A DNA stretch of 42,812 nt from a virus. Its lineage: Duplodnaviria > Heunggongvirae > Uroviricota > Caudoviricetes. The position numbers and the translations under genes were made by a program. The stretch is taken from the IMG/VR virus record IMGVR_UViG_2872192773_000007; one strand, given 5' to 3'. Below are positions 40,221-42,812 of this stretch, piece after piece; position 1 is the stretch's first letter, and each line of letters begins with the position of its first letter. The notes below the pieces were generated by a model. That model saw only the letters and a list, made by a program, of their open reading frames with translations, was not told the origin of the DNA and did not search any database.

Positions 40221-41123
40221 AAATCAGCCGGAGATGATTTTACATAATTGCTACGGAATTATTCAATACAGGAATTGCTTGCGTCTGCATGGATTGACCT
40301 GAAATATTCCCGAAAATTTCTCTAAAAAACTCGAAAAAAATGGTAACTGGTTGAATGTATTAATATGCAATGGTACGTGTCAGGGATTAAAAGATGAACG
40401 TAAATTTATTCAACGCATTAATTTTAAAGGGTTTTATTGTTTGTTGACGAAAACAGGAATCATGTTCGGTCTCTTTTTATCTGTTAAAAGCCAGAAGCAT
40501 TTCCTTCGCTGACTTTATAGTCAACCATAACACACACTCTACTGTCTGAGTCCAGCGTTTTTTAACATTCTTGTTAAGATTATGTGATCTTTAGCGCGGG
40601 AGGAAAATATTGATGAAACAGCCTGCGCCCGTTTATCAGAGAATTGCGGGTCATCAATGGCGACATATCTGGCTTTCTGGCGATATACACGGTTGTCTTG
40701 AGCAGTTGCGCCGCAAATTATGGCATTGTCGTTTTGATCCGTGGCGAGATTTACTTATCTCAGTGGGAGACGTTATCGATCGTGGGCCGCAAAGTTTACG
40801 TTGTCTGCAGTTACTGGAACAACATTGGGTTCGTGCGGTAAGAGGCAATCATGAACAGATGGCGATGGATGCGCTGGCATTCCAGCAGATGTCTTTGTGG
40901 TTGATGAATGGCGGCGACTGGTTTATTGCGCTGGCAGATAATCAACAGAAACAAGCGAAAACGGCGCTGGAAAAATGTCAGCATTTGCCCTTTATTCTTG
41001 AAGTACACAGTCGCACCGGCAAGCATGTTATTGCTCATGCCGATTATCCAGATGATGTTTGAGGTAGCCTGAGTTTAACGGACACTCCTTCCTGAAATAG
41101 AATGGCATCAGAAGGAGCTAATA

Positions 41124-41426
41124 ATGAGCAGAAAAACCCAACGTTACTCTAAAGAGTTCAAAGCCGAAGCTGTCAGAACGGTTCTTGAAAATCAACTTTC
41201 GATCAGTGAAGGCGCTTCCCGATTATCTCTTCCTGAAGGCACTTTAGGACAATGGGTTACCGCCGCCAGAAAAGGGCTCGGTACTCCTGGTTCCCGCACG
41301 GTGGCTGAACTGGAATCTGAAATTCTGCAACTGCGTAAGGCGTTAAATGAAGCTCGCCTTGAGCGAGATATATTAAAAAAAGCAACAGCGTATTTTGCAC
41401 AGGAGTCGCTGAAAAATACGCGTTAA
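41124..41426 (+). CDS. IS600 OrfA
   Basis: 100-aa ORF. Confidence 0.95.
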   Translation: MSRKTQRYSKEFKAEAVRTVLENQLSISEGASRLSLPEGTLGQWVTAARKGLGTPGSRTVAELESEILQLRKALNEARLERDILKKATAYFAQESLKNTR

Positions 41427-41461
41427 TCGAACAATGGCGACAACAATTTCCCATTGAAGCG

Positions 41462-42280
41462 ATGTGTCAGGTATTTGGTGTATCCAGGAGCGGTTATTAC
41501 AACTGGGTACAGCATGAACCCTCAGACAGAAAACAAAGTGATGAGCGGCTAAAACTGGAGATTAAGGTGGCACATATCCGCACTCGCGAAACATATGGAA
41601 CCCGGCGGCTCCAGACGGAGCTGGCAGAGAATGGCATCATCGTTGGTCGTGACCGACTGGCACGTCTTCGTAAGGAGCTGAGGCTACGCTGTAAGCAGAA
41701 ACGCAAGTTCAGAGCGACTACGAACCCGAACCACAATCTGCCAGTTGCGCCAAATCTGCTGAACCAGACGTTCGCTCCTACAGCACCAAATCAGGTCTGG
41801 GTGGCGGACCTGACGTATGTTGCCACACAGGAGGGATGGTTGTACCTCGCTGGCATCAAAGATGTTTATACGTGCGAAATTGTCGGCTACGCCATGGGAG
41901 AGCGCATGACAAAAGAGCTGACAGGTAAAGCCCTGTTTATGGCGCTCAGGAGCCAGCGCCCACCTGCCGGGCTAATCCACCACTCTGATCGAGGTTCACA
42001 GTACTGCGCATACGATTACCGGGTCATACAGGAGCAGTCTGGTCTGAAAACATCAATGTCGCGTAAAGGTAACTGTTACGACAACGCTCCGATGGAAAGC
42101 TTCTGGGGAACGCTGAAAAATGAGAGCCTGAGCCACTATCGTTTTAATAACCGGGATGAAGCCATCTCAGTAATACGGGAATACATTGAGATTTTCTACA
42201 ATCGTCAGCGTCGTCACTCTCGTCTGGGGAATATCTCCCCGGCAGCCTTCAGGGAAAAATATCATCAGATGGCTGCTTAA
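41462..42280 (+). CDS. IS600 OrfB
   Basis: 272-aa ORF. Confidence 0.95.
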   Translation: MCQVFGVSRSGYYNWVQHEPSDRKQSDERLKLEIKVAHIRTRETYGTRRLQTELAENGIIVGRDRLARLRKELRLRCKQKRKFRATTNPNHNLPVAPNLLNQTFAPTAPNQVWVADLTYVATQEGWLYLAGIKDVYTCEIVGYAMGERMTKELTGKALFMALRSQRPPAGLIHHSDRGSQYCAYDYRVIQEQSGLKTSMSRKGNCYDNAPMESFWGTLKNESLSHYRFNNRDEAISVIREYIEIFYNRQRRHSRLGNISPAAFREKYHQMAA

Positions 42281-42536
42281 AAAAAGAACAAATGGTAGTG
42301 TCCGCTATTGCCAGTACACCTCAGTTTATGAATGGCAAAAGGACGTTGATTTGCATCAGGTCTTGTGGAGCCGCTCGCGATTAGGTGAACGCCCAAAAGG
42401 GCAGGGAATTACAGGTGCTGATCATTTCTGGTTTGGTCATACACCGTTGCGACATCGCGTGGATATTGGCAACCTGCATTATATTGATACCGGTGCTGTC
42501 TTTGGGGGCTAACTGACTCTTGTGCAACTGCAATAA

Positions 42537-42728
42537 TTAAAAATCACCATACTCCTGTGCTGGTCGCCAGAAACCATCTATAAAATCCTCAATCGGAAAA
42601 CAACCGCCATGGCGGATCCGTTGATCGCTCATAGAATAAAGACACTGCTGTTCCGTGTTGTAGACATCCACAACAATATCTTCACAACCGCCATCTAGGT
42701 AGCAAACAAAAAGTACCAGCGCGAACAT
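42537..42728 (-). CDS. yebW: Small conserved protein YebW
   Basis: 63 aa from MFALVLFVCYLDGGCEDIVVDVYNTEQQCLYSMSDQRIRHGGCFPIEDFIDGFWRPAQEYGDF. It is the neighbour of pphA in E. coli K-12 as I recall. The ORF track extends 28 codons upstream to the window edge. Confidence 0.8.
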   Translation of the reverse strand: MFALVLFVCYLDGGCEDIVVDVYNTEQQCLYSMSDQRIRHGGCFPIEDFIDGFWRPAQEYGDF

Positions 42729-42812
42729 TTCATCCCCGAAGTGTGGTGCCGTACCGTTAAGTTTAGGAGAGATTTTACAACGGGGGAATAACCAGGACAA
42801 ATAACCCGCCAT

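Larger units (their letters stand above)
41060..42323 (+). mobile_element. IS600, complete copy with 3-bp target duplication GTT
   Basis: 1264 bp. GTT is present at 41057-41059 and again at 42324-42326. Confidence 0.95.
40613..42536 (+). pseudogene. pphA: Ser/Thr protein phosphatase 1 (PrpA/PphA), IS600-interrupted and carrying a nonsense codon
   Basis: MKQPAPVYQRIAGHQWRHIWLSGDIHGCLEQL...HADYPDDV, then IS600, then YEWQKDVDLHQVLWSRSRL...DTGAVFGG. A TAA at 42510 sits where K-12 has GAA (ELTLVQLQ*). The ancestral stop is at 42534-42536. Confidence 0.9.

Overview
This looks like a Shigella-type chromosomal accessory region, most likely S. flexneri. That is inferred from the IS600/IS911/IS629/IS1/IS2 mix plus an ipaH gene with a MxiE box. 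The window is a mosaic of decayed Rac-like/lambdoid prophage segments saturated with insertion sequences. By my coordinates there are 4 full IS600 copies, one 949-bp partial copy and a 12-bp end; 3 IS1; 2 IS2; 2 IS911 plus a 61-bp end; and 1 frameshifted IS629. Together these cover about 14.8 kb, roughly 35% of the window.

Layout, left to right:
- 1-436: a LysR-family regulator cut by IS600.
- 1.7-13 kb, + strand: a phage replication/nin/Q block. It holds ydaU::IS2, ydaV (dnaC-like), an HNH endonuclease, a DUF551 protein, an intact hok/mok/sok module, DUF1367, a ybcO-like gene, antiterminator Q with a late promoter and terminator, and an ORF6N gene split by IS600.
- 13.2-13.5 kb: a 4-tRNA cluster (CAU, Arg-UCU, Thr-UGU, Gly-UCC).
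- 13.5-16.4 kb: the most unusual piece. A tRNA-adjacent tyrosine-recombinase remnant (internally deleted at IS911) is followed by an exact 23-bp consensus T7 RNA polymerase class III promoter. Next come AT-rich TTAAAG-type tandem repeats and a dyad array of CTCTAGGGTCTC / CTCTATGGCC repeats, then a Rha-like gene cut by IS1.
- 18.1-20.8 kb: broken tail-fibre and tail-fibre-assembly genes.
- 21.0-24.5 kb: sitABCD with MntR and Fur boxes.
- 24.7-36.6 kb, - strand: a GGGGCAAAA repeat array next to a lambda-type int (split by IS1), followed by the Rac-like early-left region: xis', gam', recE', racC, ydaE, kilR, rha::IS2.
- 37.2-40.2 kb: a second copy of the tail-fibre end/assembly gene, followed by ipaH.
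- 40.6-42.8 kb: core genes pphA (IS600 insertion plus a nonsense codon) and yebW.

There is no CRISPR array and no rRNA. All homology calls come from reading the translations and from memory of the families. No database search was possible.
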